From Escherichia phage JK1, in sequence record MZ436830.1: a DNA stretch of 64,000 bases; one strand, given 5' to 3'. The position numbers and the translations under genes were made by a program. Below the pieces are notes generated by a model. That model was not told where the DNA came from. It worked only from the letters and a program-made list of their open reading frames with translations, and made no database searches. This document shows positions 8,867 to 18,742 of this stretch, piece after piece (positions within the stretch are counted from its first letter, which is position 1; every line of letters begins with the position of its first letter).

Positions 8867-10680
8867 TGGTGTTTAACCCTATGCATGATTTCTTTATTTT
8901 TACCGAGATTAAATCCGCGTTCGTTTGGATTTCCCAAATAACCACATGTTCTTCTTATGGTGTTCATCTTTTTAGGATCAGTTTCTCCACAAATAGAACA
9001 AACAAATCCGTTTTCAGTAGGAGTCATTTCATGGGTACTTCCACATGTAAAACATTTATCTACTGGCATATTAACACCAAAATAATCTAAATGTTGTGCA
9101 GCATAATCCCATACGGCCTCAAGACCTTTCAAGTTATTTTTCATATCAGGAAGTTCAACATAAGAAATGTGACCACCTGTCGCAATGAAATGATATGGCG
9201 CTTCACGAGAAATCTTTTCAAACGGAGTAATATTTTCTTCTACTGAAACGTGGAAACTGTTAGTGTACCAGCCTTTATCGGTAACATCTTTTACACTTCC
9301 ATATTTTTCTGTATCAAGTTTACAGAAGCGATAACAAAGGTTTTCAGCAGGAGTCGAATATAAACTAAAAGCAAATCCAGTTCTTTCAGTCCACTGTTTA
9401 AGATGAGCATTCATTTTAGTTAAAATTTCTTGTCCAATATCACGACCGACAAGAATATTCAATTCGTGAATACCAATGTATCCTAGGGACACTGAACTTC
9501 TACCGTTTTTAAATAACTCAATTATGTCGTCATCAGGTTTAAGACGAACCCCGAATGCACCTTCTTGGTAAAGAATAGGAGCAACAGTAGCTTTAACTCC
9601 TTTTAAGGAACTAATTCTACACATCAATGCTTCAAAACACAGATCCATTCGTTCATTGAACAATTCAACAAATTTCTGTTCATTGAATTGTGTTCCAATA
9701 TAAGAATCTAACGCGATGCGAGGAAGATTCAATGTTACAACACCAAGATTATTACGTCCATCAAGAATTTCATTACCGGTCGAATCTTTCCATACGCTCA
9801 AGAAACTACGGCATCCCATCGGAGAAACAGGAACAGATGAACCAGTGATAGCTTTATTGTTCTTAGCCGAAATGATGTCAGGATACATTCTTTTGCTTGC
9901 GCACTCTAAAGCAAGCTGCTTAATATCATAGTTCGGGTCGTCTTTATAAAGATTAACACCTTCTTCAACGAACATAACAAGCTTAGGGAAAATAGGAGTT
10001 ATCCCATCACGACCAAGACCTTTAATACGATTTTTCAGAATTGCTTTCTGAATCATTCGTTCAGTCCAGTCAGTTCCCGTACCAAATGTAATTGTTACAA
10101 AAGGCGTTTGTCCGTTTGAACTAAAGAGAGTATTTACTTCATATTCATAAGCTTGGAATGCATCGTATACGTCTTTTTCTGTTTTAGATTGAGCATAATT
10201 CAATGCATCAGCGATTTGCCATTTTTCTGCATCCTCAATATGTTTTGCATAGGTGCGTTTAACATAAGGAGAAAGTACTTTATCTACATTAGCAAAAGTC
10301 GTTCCGCCGTATTGGTGAGAAGCAACCTGTGCAGTAATTTGTGCCATAATTGCAGTAGCAACACCGATTGATTTAGGAGTTTCAATCTGTGCATTACCAA
10401 GCTTAAATCCGTTCTCAAGCATTCCTTTTAAATCTACTAAACAGCAATTAGTAAATGGAAGAGCAGGGGAATAATCAATATCATGGAAATGGATAATTCC
10501 GCTTTCATGAGCTTTCATAATAAAAGACGGGACCATATTTTTGGCAATGTGTTTAGACACAATACCAGCCATAAGGTCCCGTTGAGTTGGAAAAACACGA
10601 GAATCTTTATTAGCATTCTCGTTTAAAAGGTCTTTATTAGTTTTATGAATCAATCCTTCAATTTCTTTTTCAATTGTCAT
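8863..10680 (-). CDS. nrdD: Anaerobic ribonucleoside-triphosphate reductase, uninterrupted
   Basis: 605 aa continuous ORF; C-terminal glycyl-radical motif RRTCGYLG and Zn-ribbon CFTCGS..CSICGE. Confidence 0.9.
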   Translation of the reverse strand: MTIEKEIEGLIHKTNKDLLNENANKDSRVFPTQRDLMAGIVSKHIAKNMVPSFIMKAHESGIIHFHDIDYSPALPFTNCCLVDLKGMLENGFKLGNAQIETPKSIGVATAIMAQITAQVASHQYGGTTFANVDKVLSPYVKRTYAKHIEDAEKWQIADALNYAQSKTEKDVYDAFQAYEYEVNTLFSSNGQTPFVTITFGTGTDWTERMIQKAILKNRIKGLGRDGITPIFPKLVMFVEEGVNLYKDDPNYDIKQLALECASKRMYPDIISAKNNKAITGSSVPVSPMGCRSFLSVWKDSTGNEILDGRNNLGVVTLNLPRIALDSYIGTQFNEQKFVELFNERMDLCFEALMCRISSLKGVKATVAPILYQEGAFGVRLKPDDDIIELFKNGRSSVSLGYIGIHELNILVGRDIGQEILTKMNAHLKQWTERTGFAFSLYSTPAENLCYRFCKLDTEKYGSVKDVTDKGWYTNSFHVSVEENITPFEKISREAPYHFIATGGHISYVELPDMKNNLKGLEAVWDYAAQHLDYFGVNMPVDKCFTCGSTHEMTPTENGFVCSICGETDPKKMNTIRRTCGYLGNPNERGFNLGKNKEIMHRVKHQ

Positions 10681-11150
10681 TTTAAACTCTTTCTAAGCTG
10701 CTTCTTAAATGAAGCTATTAACTGTGTTTTGGTGTCAGATTCATTATATTCAAATCCTCTTTGAAGCATCTCGGCCATCATTTCCTCTTTTCCTAAACGA
10801 GAAAATTCCTTTGATTTATCTCCAACAAAGTTAGGGTGAATATTATTTTGGGTGTAATCGGATTTTAAGTAAGTAAGTAAATTTTCTAACCATTCAAGAT
10901 AATCAACACCTTGTCCCTTTAAGCCAGAACGATTAAATTTATGCTTCATTTGACCTTCTGCGGCATTACAGAGATTACAAAGCAATCCACGTACCTTTCC
11001 TGCTTTTGGTCCATTTAATTCATGGTCATGGTCGAGGTGATTAGCTTGAACATCAGGATTTAGTTCTCGTTGGCAAATTAAGCATTTACCGTTTTGTGCA
11101 TCATAAAATTTCTGTTTTTCTTCTTTATATAATTTGCCAGTCAATAACAT
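10677..11150 (-). CDS. 49: Endonuclease VII (Holliday junction resolvase)
   Basis: 157 aa; MLLTGKLYKEEKQKFYDAQNGKCLICQRELNPDVQANHLDHDHE matches T4 gp49 as I recall it. Confidence 0.85.
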   Translation of the reverse strand: MLLTGKLYKEEKQKFYDAQNGKCLICQRELNPDVQANHLDHDHELNGPKAGKVRGLLCNLCNAAEGQMKHKFNRSGLKGQGVDYLEWLENLLTYLKSDYTQNNIHPNFVGDKSKEFSRLGKEEMMAEMLQRGFEYNESDTKTQLIASFKKQLRKSLK

Positions 11151-11192
11151 AATAAAACCCTTACCTTAAATAGATAAGGGTATTTATTATTT

Positions 11193-11678
11193 TCAAGTAT
11201 TGTAAAACATTTGATTCAATCGCTTATATTGCCGAATCTTTTGGTCAGAAAAAGAAATTTGGGTTTCAAGCCATTCAATATATTCTGCCGCAGCTTGCAT
11301 CAAATTTCCTTCATAGCCATCGTTATTTTCTTGTGCAGCTAATTTAGCTAATGCATATGAAATACGTTCACCTTGAAAATCGGCTTTAGGCTTCTGAACA
11401 ACTTGATTAGTTCGCTCTACAACTTCTTCAATTTCGCCATTTTCGACTGATTCAGTATTCCACAAGCACCAATACGTAATTGGCTTATCGTAGATGTTAA
11501 TAATCTTTCCATCAGAAAGTTCAATTTCAATAATTCCAGTGTCAGGCTCTATATCATCTTCACATTCTTTTGCAAGTTCACGAACTTTAAAGACAGTACC
11601 TGCACTAAGTTCCGGCCAGTAATTACACAGCCCTGTATCAGCACGATTAATTCTAAACCACTTATCTACTGTAATCAT
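11193..11678 (-). CDS. pin: Probable protease inhibitor Pin
   Basis: 161 aa from internal Met MITVDKW (ORF track gives 167 aa); size and position after gene 49 match T4 pin. Confidence 0.55.
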   Translation of the reverse strand: MITVDKWFRINRADTGLCNYWPELSAGTVFKVRELAKECEDDIEPDTGIIEIELSDGKIINIYDKPITYWCLWNTESVENGEIEEVVERTNQVVQKPKADFQGERISYALAKLAAQENNDGYEGNLMQAAAEYIEWLETQISFSDQKIRQYKRLNQMFYNT

Positions 11679-11801
11679 GTCCCATCTCCATATCAATTAA
11701 GTCATTTATCGTTGGTTCATTATATACTGTTTCTTCATCAGTGTAAACCGGTTCTTCCAGCTCTGGCTCTACAGTTTCCCATCTAGCCGCCCACCAAGGT
11801 T

Positions 11802-12122
11802 TTATAGCGTAATCCATTCTCGTACTGTCTGAGTTACTACACGTTCATGGGGCTCGACTAGTTCAACAGTCGGAACTGCATAATACCAGTCAGAATGATA
11901 AGAACCTGACCGAGATTCATTTACAGCCACATGTACATTATGTTTTGGACTAAAGTAAACACACTGACGATATTGACATTTACCATCTTGCACCCAGTCT
12001 TCTATTTCGACAGGTTTAAGATAATCGGAAAAATCGAAATCATAGTTTTCCGAAAATGCATCATGGTCTTCAATGATTTCGCTCAGAACTGCATCAACAT
12101 CTAATTTATTTTCAATAGTCAT
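11802..12122 (-). CDS. Hypothetical protein (49.1-like position)
   Basis: 106 aa ORF. Confidence 0.45.
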   Translation of the reverse strand: MTIENKLDVDAVLSEIIEDHDAFSENYDFDFSDYLKPVEIEDWVQDGKCQYRQCVYFSPKHNVHVAVNESRSGSYHSDWYYAVPTVELVEPHERVVTQTVREWITL

Positions 12123-12305
12123 TTTTCACCAATTAATTTCGCAATTTATTAAGTTCTTCATCATCAATCCAGGATTCTAGTCCTGATGGCAGGTCACATT
12201 CAATTTCCCAAAGAAGTTCTTCAATTTTCTGAAGACGATCTAGTTCTTCAGCTGGAATAGTAACCATTGACGGAGCTCGTGATACATTAATATCGTAAAT
12301 CATAT

Positions 12306-12521
12306 TTACCCCAATTTAACCATACAATCGCCGTATTTCCACTTAGAAATAGACTTTTCACCGTTAGAATAATAAACTTCGAGTTTAGCACGATTATTTT
12401 TAATTTGAATAACCTTGGCTGTCATCAAAGTTCCATACCCATAGTAAACTGCAACTTCATCACCTACATATACCGCGCTTCCGCGGTAATCATGGATATA
12501 ATCAGTTCCTTCGAGAATCAT
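12306..12521 (-). CDS. Hypothetical small protein
   Basis: 71 aa ORF; 4-nt overlap with nrdC. Confidence 0.45.
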   Translation of the reverse strand: MILEGTDYIHDYRGSAVYVGDEVAVYYGYGTLMTAKVIQIKNNRAKLEVYYSNGEKSISKWKYGDCMVKLG

Positions 12522-12781
12522 TTAAAGTATTCTCGCAATTGGTCAAATCCACCAATATGACTTCCATCAGGAGCAAATACCTGAGGCATTGTTAAGCCGA
12601 TTTGAGTATCACGACCTAGTTTAGTCAGAAGCTCAGCAATTTTCTCATCATCAAAAACACCTTTTTCCGGCATAATGTTGATAAATTCAAACGGCTGTTT
12701 CTTCACGGTCAAAAGACGTTTTGCATTATCACAATACACGCATTTATGAATGCTGCTATCATAACCATATACTTTAAACAT
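12518..12781 (-). CDS. nrdC: Thioredoxin/glutaredoxin NrdC
   Basis: 87 aa; CVYC active-site motif; matches T4 NrdC as I recall it. Confidence 0.8.
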   Translation of the reverse strand: MFKVYGYDSSIHKCVYCDNAKRLLTVKKQPFEFINIMPEKGVFDDEKIAELLTKLGRDTQIGLTMPQVFAPDGSHIGGFDQLREYFK

Positions 12782-12782
12782 A

Positions 12783-13025
12783 TTATTCCTTAATTCCTAG
12801 TACTTGTTTAAAAGTCTCGTCGTAATCAAGACTTTGGCCCGTTTGTTCTTTATGTTTGTATATAATATCACTTACTTCTGATAGCATATTTTTATATGAA
12901 CGAGTTAAAGCAGATTTAAGCACGCTGTATCTATCAGGAAATTTACCATGTTCATTATAATACGCTATTGCTAATTCACGGACTGCCTTTTCAGCAGTCT
13001 CCATATATTCTTTACGCTTTGTCAT
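12783..13025 (-). CDS. Hypothetical protein; start set at internal Met MTKRKEY
   Basis: ORF track 12783..13166 overlaps the upstream ORF by 155 nt, so the internal start is preferred. Confidence 0.4.
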
Positions 13026-13326
13026 TTTCTTCTCGGTCAAATCGGTGTTTACAATGGCGGCATTTATAACGAAGATTACTAGTCTGCCAATGAACCAATT
13101 GCACCTGTTCAGTTCCGCATTCAGGGCAATTAGGAACGTTTTTAGAAGCACGTTCGCGGCGTTCAACCATGACCATTACAGAATCCCAATTAATAGGGCT
13201 GCTATAATCATCACAACCATGAATCTTTCCACGCATTTCCAAATCGTCTTCTTCACCAGCCATAATAATTTTAATTAGACTGGAATTACTAGAAGCTGCA
13301 ATATCTTCTAATAGACGCTTTTTCAT
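13012..13326 (-). CDS. Zinc-ribbon protein
   Basis: 104 aa; CPECG..CRHCKH four-Cys pattern. Confidence 0.5.
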
Positions 13327-14249
13327 TTCAATACCTCAATAGCATTACGTAAACCATTTGCTTTTGCATTAAGAGCTTTTAACAATTTGGTGTGTTCTGC
13401 AATTTGGGCTTCAACTTCAATCAAACGAGTATTGAGATATTCGCGTTCTTCTTTCATAGTATCATTCCCATGATTGGGTTTTGACGTAGGTTTAAATTCA
13501 CTAGGGTCCTTTAACTTAATAACAACTTTAGTTTCAAACAACGAAAGACCATAATTTGTATTATCATCAAAGGATTCAACTACATCCATTTTAGATAATA
13601 ACATACGCAAATTATAAGTCAAAGAACGAATTGTTTCATTGTGTTTATTAGCTTCACGCGGTTTCATATACGGAAGATTTTTATATATCTCGTGCGGAGC
13701 ACAGATAATAACTGATAATTCAGATGATTTATTCTGGGATGATGGAATGAATTTAGCCGTAACCCAGTCTTTTACATTCACATTAATAGTACGATCATCG
13801 CCATGACAAAACAGTCTACGAGAATGCTTAAAAAGCATATTCACGTTATTATTGAATTCGTGTGAAAACTCACTAGTAAATTTTTCTTTACTATTTTTAG
13901 AAAACCATTCTTCTAAATAAGTTCTTTTCACGTCGTTAATAATATTAAATGTAACAACACTAGCATTTGATACATTAGTCTCAATGTAGCTTGGATACAT
14001 AAATTTTTTAATGTTCTCACGAGCTACAGTAGAAGATAACACACGAGAACGCTTGAACCACTCAAGTAAAGAACCAAGAGATTGTGAATACGCATTCTGA
14101 GTATCCTTACAGATATGATTTTCCTGTCCAGTATAATCTAAAAAATCACGAAGAATATTATTGATTACTGCTCTGTGTCCGATTTGATAATTACGGTGTT
14201 TAGTAATAAGACTGTCAAAATAATCAATATAATGTTTACGAGTTTTCAT
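13323..14249 (-). CDS. Hypothetical protein with C-terminal coiled-coil
   Basis: 308 aa; first of four consecutive 300-350 aa ORFs that each end in a heptad-like helical tail. Confidence 0.6.
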   Translation of the reverse strand: MKTRKHYIDYFDSLITKHRNYQIGHRAVINNILRDFLDYTGQENHICKDTQNAYSQSLGSLLEWFKRSRVLSSTVARENIKKFMYPSYIETNVSNASVVTFNIINDVKRTYLEEWFSKNSKEKFTSEFSHEFNNNVNMLFKHSRRLFCHGDDRTINVNVKDWVTAKFIPSSQNKSSELSVIICAPHEIYKNLPYMKPREANKHNETIRSLTYNLRMLLSKMDVVESFDDNTNYGLSLFETKVVIKLKDPSEFKPTSKPNHGNDTMKEEREYLNTRLIEVEAQIAEHTKLLKALNAKANGLRNAIEVLK

Positions 14250-14301
14250 GTTCTTCTCACTTGGTTAATGATTTATACTCCGAGCCATCCTTGGCTTTAA
14301 A

Positions 14302-15354
14302 TTACTTAATTAACTGTAAAGCTTGTTCCAGACGATCAAGACGATTAACGGATTCTTCCCAAATCTTTTTAGCCTGCTCATATTCTTTGTGCGCTTTATT
14401 AGAAATTTCTAGAACTTCTTTATAAGCTTTTTCTAGTGCAATAACTTCTGGACGAATTTCTATCGGTTCAGGTGAATCGTCAAGACATTCCATTAGTTCC
14501 TCAAGGGTAGTTTCTTCTTTAGGAGTATTCACAATTTCATCACATTTTTGTTGGTAAATTTCTTTATCAGTCGGTGAGTACGCACACTTTACTTCACGAA
14601 GACTAATTACAATTTTATATCCTTCCCATCCGCATATATTCTTAAAAGGATATGTATGAATACTTTTTACAGTTTCCATACAGCCCAAAGCCATCTCTAA
14701 TTGATGAGTTATAGTGCTAGCAATTGAGAAAAATTTATTAATGTTCTTTTGATTAGCTGCTGGTGTAAAAAATCCATAATTCACAAAAATAGCTACTTTA
14801 TTTTTATCAAGCTCATATTCTTTTACGATAATCATATCAGAAGCCAAAGGATGAATTTGACGATAATCGCCATAACATAATTTAGAAGCTGATTTTAGAA
14901 TTTGTCCTTTGAAAAGTCTGAAATTACTAATCCAACGACGAGTAAAAATATTCTCAGGGTCTTCTTTGATATTAAGATGATAAGAATTAACATCACCGAA
15001 CCAATTATATCCTACTACATCTTTAGTTCGTTTAATTTCTTTCCCAAAATTACCAAGAATATCCCTATTAACCAAATATGAAAGAAGACGAGACCCTTTA
15101 AAGGTTTTCTTAATGGCATCTTTATCTGTACGACTAGAAATTTCACGAACTTCATGAATAAATTTGCCGGAAGAAACAATACTTGCATCAGTATTATTGA
15201 GCCATTGATTGATAATAGAAAGAACACTATTTTGGCCAAACAGCGGTATAACTTTATCATCAATAACGCTATTGAATGATTTGATATATTCGTTACGAGT
15301 CATAATAATCTCCTCAGTAGAAAGTAAGAACATTATACCACATCCTTGTGGCAA
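14302..15354 (-). CDS. Hypothetical protein with C-terminal coiled-coil
   Basis: 350 aa (start may be internal MTRNEYIK). Confidence 0.6.
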   Translation of the reverse strand: MPQGCGIMFLLSTEEIIMTRNEYIKSFNSVIDDKVIPLFGQNSVLSIINQWLNNTDASIVSSGKFIHEVREISSRTDKDAIKKTFKGSRLLSYLVNRDILGNFGKEIKRTKDVVGYNWFGDVNSYHLNIKEDPENIFTRRWISNFRLFKGQILKSASKLCYGDYRQIHPLASDMIIVKEYELDKNKVAIFVNYGFFTPAANQKNINKFFSIASTITHQLEMALGCMETVKSIHTYPFKNICGWEGYKIVISLREVKCAYSPTDKEIYQQKCDEIVNTPKEETTLEELMECLDDSPEPIEIRPEVIALEKAYKEVLEISNKAHKEYEQAKKIWEESVNRLDRLEQALQLIK

Positions 15355-15360
15355 AGTAAA

Positions 15361-16383
15361 CTAGTTCAGTGCATTTAGTGCATTGTTCAGTTTAGAACGT
15401 TGCTTCGTGAGATTTTTGACTTTTTCTTGAGCTTTTTCTAGCATCTTTTCAGCTTCTAACACTTCATTAGTTGCTTTAACGAGTTCATCATCTACTGCCT
15501 TGATAGACTTCTCAATCGCATGTGCATGCCATTTTTCAACAGGTTTAAGACTCGGATTTTCAATAGGAAGAAAATTCACTTTATTGAATTTCCATGCATC
15601 CTTATTACCTGAACTATACATCCAAAATTTAGGATCGTTTGATAAGTAATTAGATAAATTTAAGTTATCTTGCACTTCTTGCTTTTTCTCTTGCGTAACT
15701 TCGTCCTTTCTCAAAAAATCGTATTTAAATGAAACGATCATATCAAGTTCATATGTTGTTGTGTCTAATTTAAATCGTTCGAAATGCTGTGAAATCTTAG
15801 ACTGAACTGCAGCAACAACATCCATATACTTAAATGCTTCTGTCAACTGCGATTTAAGGCATTCGCAAATTGAAAGAGAATTTTTTGTATTAGGTTTAAA
15901 GCTAATTCGTGCAGTTCTATTATTTTCTTTTAATGGTCTTACTTCCATCTGAAGAGTATAACCATCAAATTTCAGGTTCTTTAAGTTAATGTCAGAACCT
16001 TTTAATCGACTAGCCGTCGACAAAATTTGCTTTAATTGTTTACGGAATAGAGCAATAAATCTCCATTCAATACGATAATGATTTGGATTGAAAAATCCAG
16101 ATGATAAATCAACCTTACTCTGACCAACACCTTGAACAAATAGAGGATTTTTATAATCAATAGTTTTACAGAAATCGGTGAGCTGCTCACGAGCAGTCAT
16201 TTGTGTAATATACCCCGCTTTACTAAAATGACGTAACCATTCACTGCTATTCAGATGTTTAAAGGCGTGAATGGAACAATTAACTTTACCAAGGTCTAAA
16301 TTATTTTCGCACAAAAATGTCATAGCATCACGAGTATAGCTGGCATTACGAACCATATCTTCAATTTGAGAACGAGTTTTCAT
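15361..16383 (-). CDS. Hypothetical protein with C-terminal coiled-coil
   Basis: 340 aa; begins MKTR like the 308-aa ORF. Confidence 0.6.
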   Translation of the reverse strand: MKTRSQIEDMVRNASYTRDAMTFLCENNLDLGKVNCSIHAFKHLNSSEWLRHFSKAGYITQMTAREQLTDFCKTIDYKNPLFVQGVGQSKVDLSSGFFNPNHYRIEWRFIALFRKQLKQILSTASRLKGSDINLKNLKFDGYTLQMEVRPLKENNRTARISFKPNTKNSLSICECLKSQLTEAFKYMDVVAAVQSKISQHFERFKLDTTTYELDMIVSFKYDFLRKDEVTQEKKQEVQDNLNLSNYLSNDPKFWMYSSGNKDAWKFNKVNFLPIENPSLKPVEKWHAHAIEKSIKAVDDELVKATNEVLEAEKMLEKAQEKVKNLTKQRSKLNNALNALN

Positions 16384-16391
16384 GGTGTTCC

Positions 16392-17294
16392 TTAAGATTT
16401 AAGTAAATCAACAATTTTAATTAATTTTTCACGCTCAGATTTAGCTTTACTACTCAATCCAGATAGTCTGAAAATTTCATCGTCATATTGTTGAATAGAA
16501 ATATTCAGCTCTTCAATCTGTTTATTAAAATAATCAATTTGTTCAGAATGTTTTTCGTTACTACGAACTGGTACAGGTTTTGTAGGCAATTTAGTTAAAC
16601 TGGATTCATCCGGGCGATAAATTAAAATACAATTTGAACCAATCGGGCATTTAGCACCAGACACATATTCTAATGTTCCAGCTTCTTTTAAAACTTCAAA
16701 AGCTAAACAGAGATGATGCCCCATATTGACATAATCTGTAGAGTGAGCTCTGACGTAATAATCATCTCCACGAGTGCTAAATTTAAAGCATTTAAGGTCT
16801 TCTGTATTATTAGTTTTAAAAATCATTTGTTTATCTAGACCTTTAGCCAATCGAGCACCTAATGCTAATAATCGTCGTTGATTTTCCCACAAATCCTCAA
16901 TCATTTGATCAAATGATAATTTCGGCATTAGTCGACCATAAAGGTCATATCCTTTATTATAATTACGAAGGATTTCACTCGCATTAATACGAGACAACGC
17001 TCCAATTTTATTAAGGGCTTTCATGATGCGATTAGATAAACTCATTCCAGACCCGTTTGTTCGCTGTAAATGTTTTTCTAATCCAAATCCAATATCAACT
17101 TTAAACTTATCTAAAATTTCTGCATGAACATCTCTGTCAATAACATTCAAATCCAAAGTTGGGTTAAATCTATGAAAAAATTTATCTGGCTCTCCACGAC
17201 GAAGTACAGTCCATTCATTCAATTTTTTATTAACTAAAGATTTAATTACTGCATTGACATTATTAATTACTACTGACATATTTTTCTCACTCAA
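16392..17294 (-). CDS. Hypothetical protein with C-terminal coiled-coil
   Basis: 300 aa. Confidence 0.6.
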   Translation of the reverse strand: MSEKNMSVVINNVNAVIKSLVNKKLNEWTVLRRGEPDKFFHRFNPTLDLNVIDRDVHAEILDKFKVDIGFGLEKHLQRTNGSGMSLSNRIMKALNKIGALSRINASEILRNYNKGYDLYGRLMPKLSFDQMIEDLWENQRRLLALGARLAKGLDKQMIFKTNNTEDLKCFKFSTRGDDYYVRAHSTDYVNMGHHLCLAFEVLKEAGTLEYVSGAKCPIGSNCILIYRPDESSLTKLPTKPVPVRSNEKHSEQIDYFNKQIEELNISIQQYDDEIFRLSGLSSKAKSEREKLIKIVDLLKS

Positions 17295-17695
17295 TTTTCA
17301 ATTTTACTAAATACACAGAATATGATGGAAAAGACTATATAAGCACCACACACAGATTGAACTAATACCATTCCAAAGAACCAAACAATATTATCAAACA
17401 ATGTCTGTTTTACGTCGAAAGGACGTAAACTTACAGTAATATTATCGCCTTTTTCTATTGATGAATACATCTCTGGAGAAATATATTCACTAAATCTATA
17501 ACCGTCTTTGAGTTCATATACAGCAATAAACGATAAACTAGACCCCTTTCCTTGAGTTCCTGTAAGGGTATTAACTACAGTAACATCATAATCTTTATAA
17601 TGCATATAATCATTAATTGCGTAATAACCATATGCAACTACTACACATAAACAACATATCAATAAATTCAATCTTTTAATTATCAACTGTTTCAT
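17291..17695 (-). CDS. Membrane protein (two predicted TM segments)
   Basis: 134 aa; hydrophobic N- and C-terminal segments. Confidence 0.55.
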   Translation of the reverse strand: MKQLIIKRLNLLICCLCVVVAYGYYAINDYMHYKDYDVTVVNTLTGTQGKGSSLSFIAVYELKDGYRFSEYISPEMYSSIEKGDNITVSLRPFDVKQTLFDNIVWFFGMVLVQSVCGAYIVFSIIFCVFSKIEN

Positions 17696-17750
17696 AATAA
17701 TCTCAGTTAAAAGGGCTTAGAACCATTATACCATCCTTGGTATAAAGCGG

Positions 17751-18278
17751 TTATGCGAGTACCGTCTTTAACCGTTCTTCAAACTTCCGAAGAGTATTTT
17801 GGCGTTCAGCTCTTTGCTTTTTGTAAGTTTCAATACGCTCTGAAATGAGAGTGTATCGTTCATTTACTGATTCTTTCATAAAATCAGGAATTTCACGAGA
17901 AGCTTTAATCTCGTCAAATTTATCAATAACAGCTTGCTCTTCAGCAATTAAGTTATCATACATCAAAATATCTTTCTTGATGAACTCAATATCTTCTTGA
18001 GTTACGCGAGATAATTTAGATGCTTTATCCTTTTTGTACTGTTCGTTAGTATCACGAGACCAGTGTAATGTACGATTTTTATTCGTATTCTTATAAATTT
18101 CTACAATACCAATCTCATCAATAATAACGATCCAATTCCAACGGGATTTGTAAATTTGTCCTCCATCAACTGTGATTTCACCTCCGATTGAGATGTCATT
18201 AAAGAACTTGCTTTGTGCTTCAGATTTAAATTTACCATCGTTGTAATTTACCAAGTTGAAAATATCTTTAGCGTTCAT
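17751..18278 (-). CDS. Hypothetical protein
   Basis: 175 aa; early promoter motif directly upstream. Confidence 0.55.
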   Translation of the reverse strand: MNAKDIFNLVNYNDGKFKSEAQSKFFNDISIGGEITVDGGQIYKSRWNWIVIIDEIGIVEIYKNTNKNRTLHWSRDTNEQYKKDKASKLSRVTQEDIEFIKKDILMYDNLIAEEQAVIDKFDEIKASREIPDFMKESVNERYTLISERIETYKKQRAERQNTLRKFEERLKTVLA

Positions 18279-18306
18279 TTTCTGTTCCTCCGTAGTTGAT
18301 AGTTGT

Positions 18307-18336
18307 ATAATACCACAGAGGAACAGTCTTGTAAAC
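18307..18336 (-). promoter_or_regulatory. Early promoter (GTTTAC-N18-TATTAT)
   Basis: Plus gtaaac 18331-18336, ataata 18307-18312; followed by conserved leader gttgatagttgtataatacc. Confidence 0.5.
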
Positions 18337-18338
18337 CA

Positions 18339-18653
18339 CTAAAAGAAACTTCTTTCACAATTTTTTCCACTGAACCAAGCGCTCACTGCTTTCTTAGTCT
18401 CAGGAGCAGTGTTATCCATAAACCATTCAAAGGCAGCCTTTTTATGATTCTGGAGGGCTTCTCGGGCTTTAATCTGTTCACGGTCTATTAACACTAACAT
18501 ATGAGCCTTTCTTGTCACCAAGGGCTTCTTATGATTTTTTGAATACTCCCAATCATTTGTCCATCGCATCGTTGTTGCGAACTGAAATACTGCTTCTTTA
18601 ATTTTAGTTTCGTAAATTTCACGAGCCTTTGAGTATAACATCACTACCTCCAT
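18339..18653 (-). CDS. Hypothetical protein
   Basis: 104 aa ORF. Confidence 0.5.
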   Translation of the reverse strand: MEVVMLYSKAREIYETKIKEAVFQFATTMRWTNDWEYSKNHKKPLVTRKAHMLVLIDREQIKAREALQNHKKAAFEWFMDNTAPETKKAVSAWFSGKNCERSFF

Positions 18654-18742
18654 TTACCAGTTTAATTCTAATCATCTTTTTGATGGCAGTCCATATAATC
18701 TATTTCTGAACTGCCTTTTTATCTTAGAAGGCCTCTTATGAA

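Noticed and set aside
9716-10371. Plus-strand ORFs 9716..9931 and 10153..10371
   Set aside because: Antisense to nrdD, with low-complexity translations; spurious.
15015-15263. Minus-strand ORF nested within the 350-aa gene
   Set aside because: Alternative frame inside a larger, better-supported ORF.
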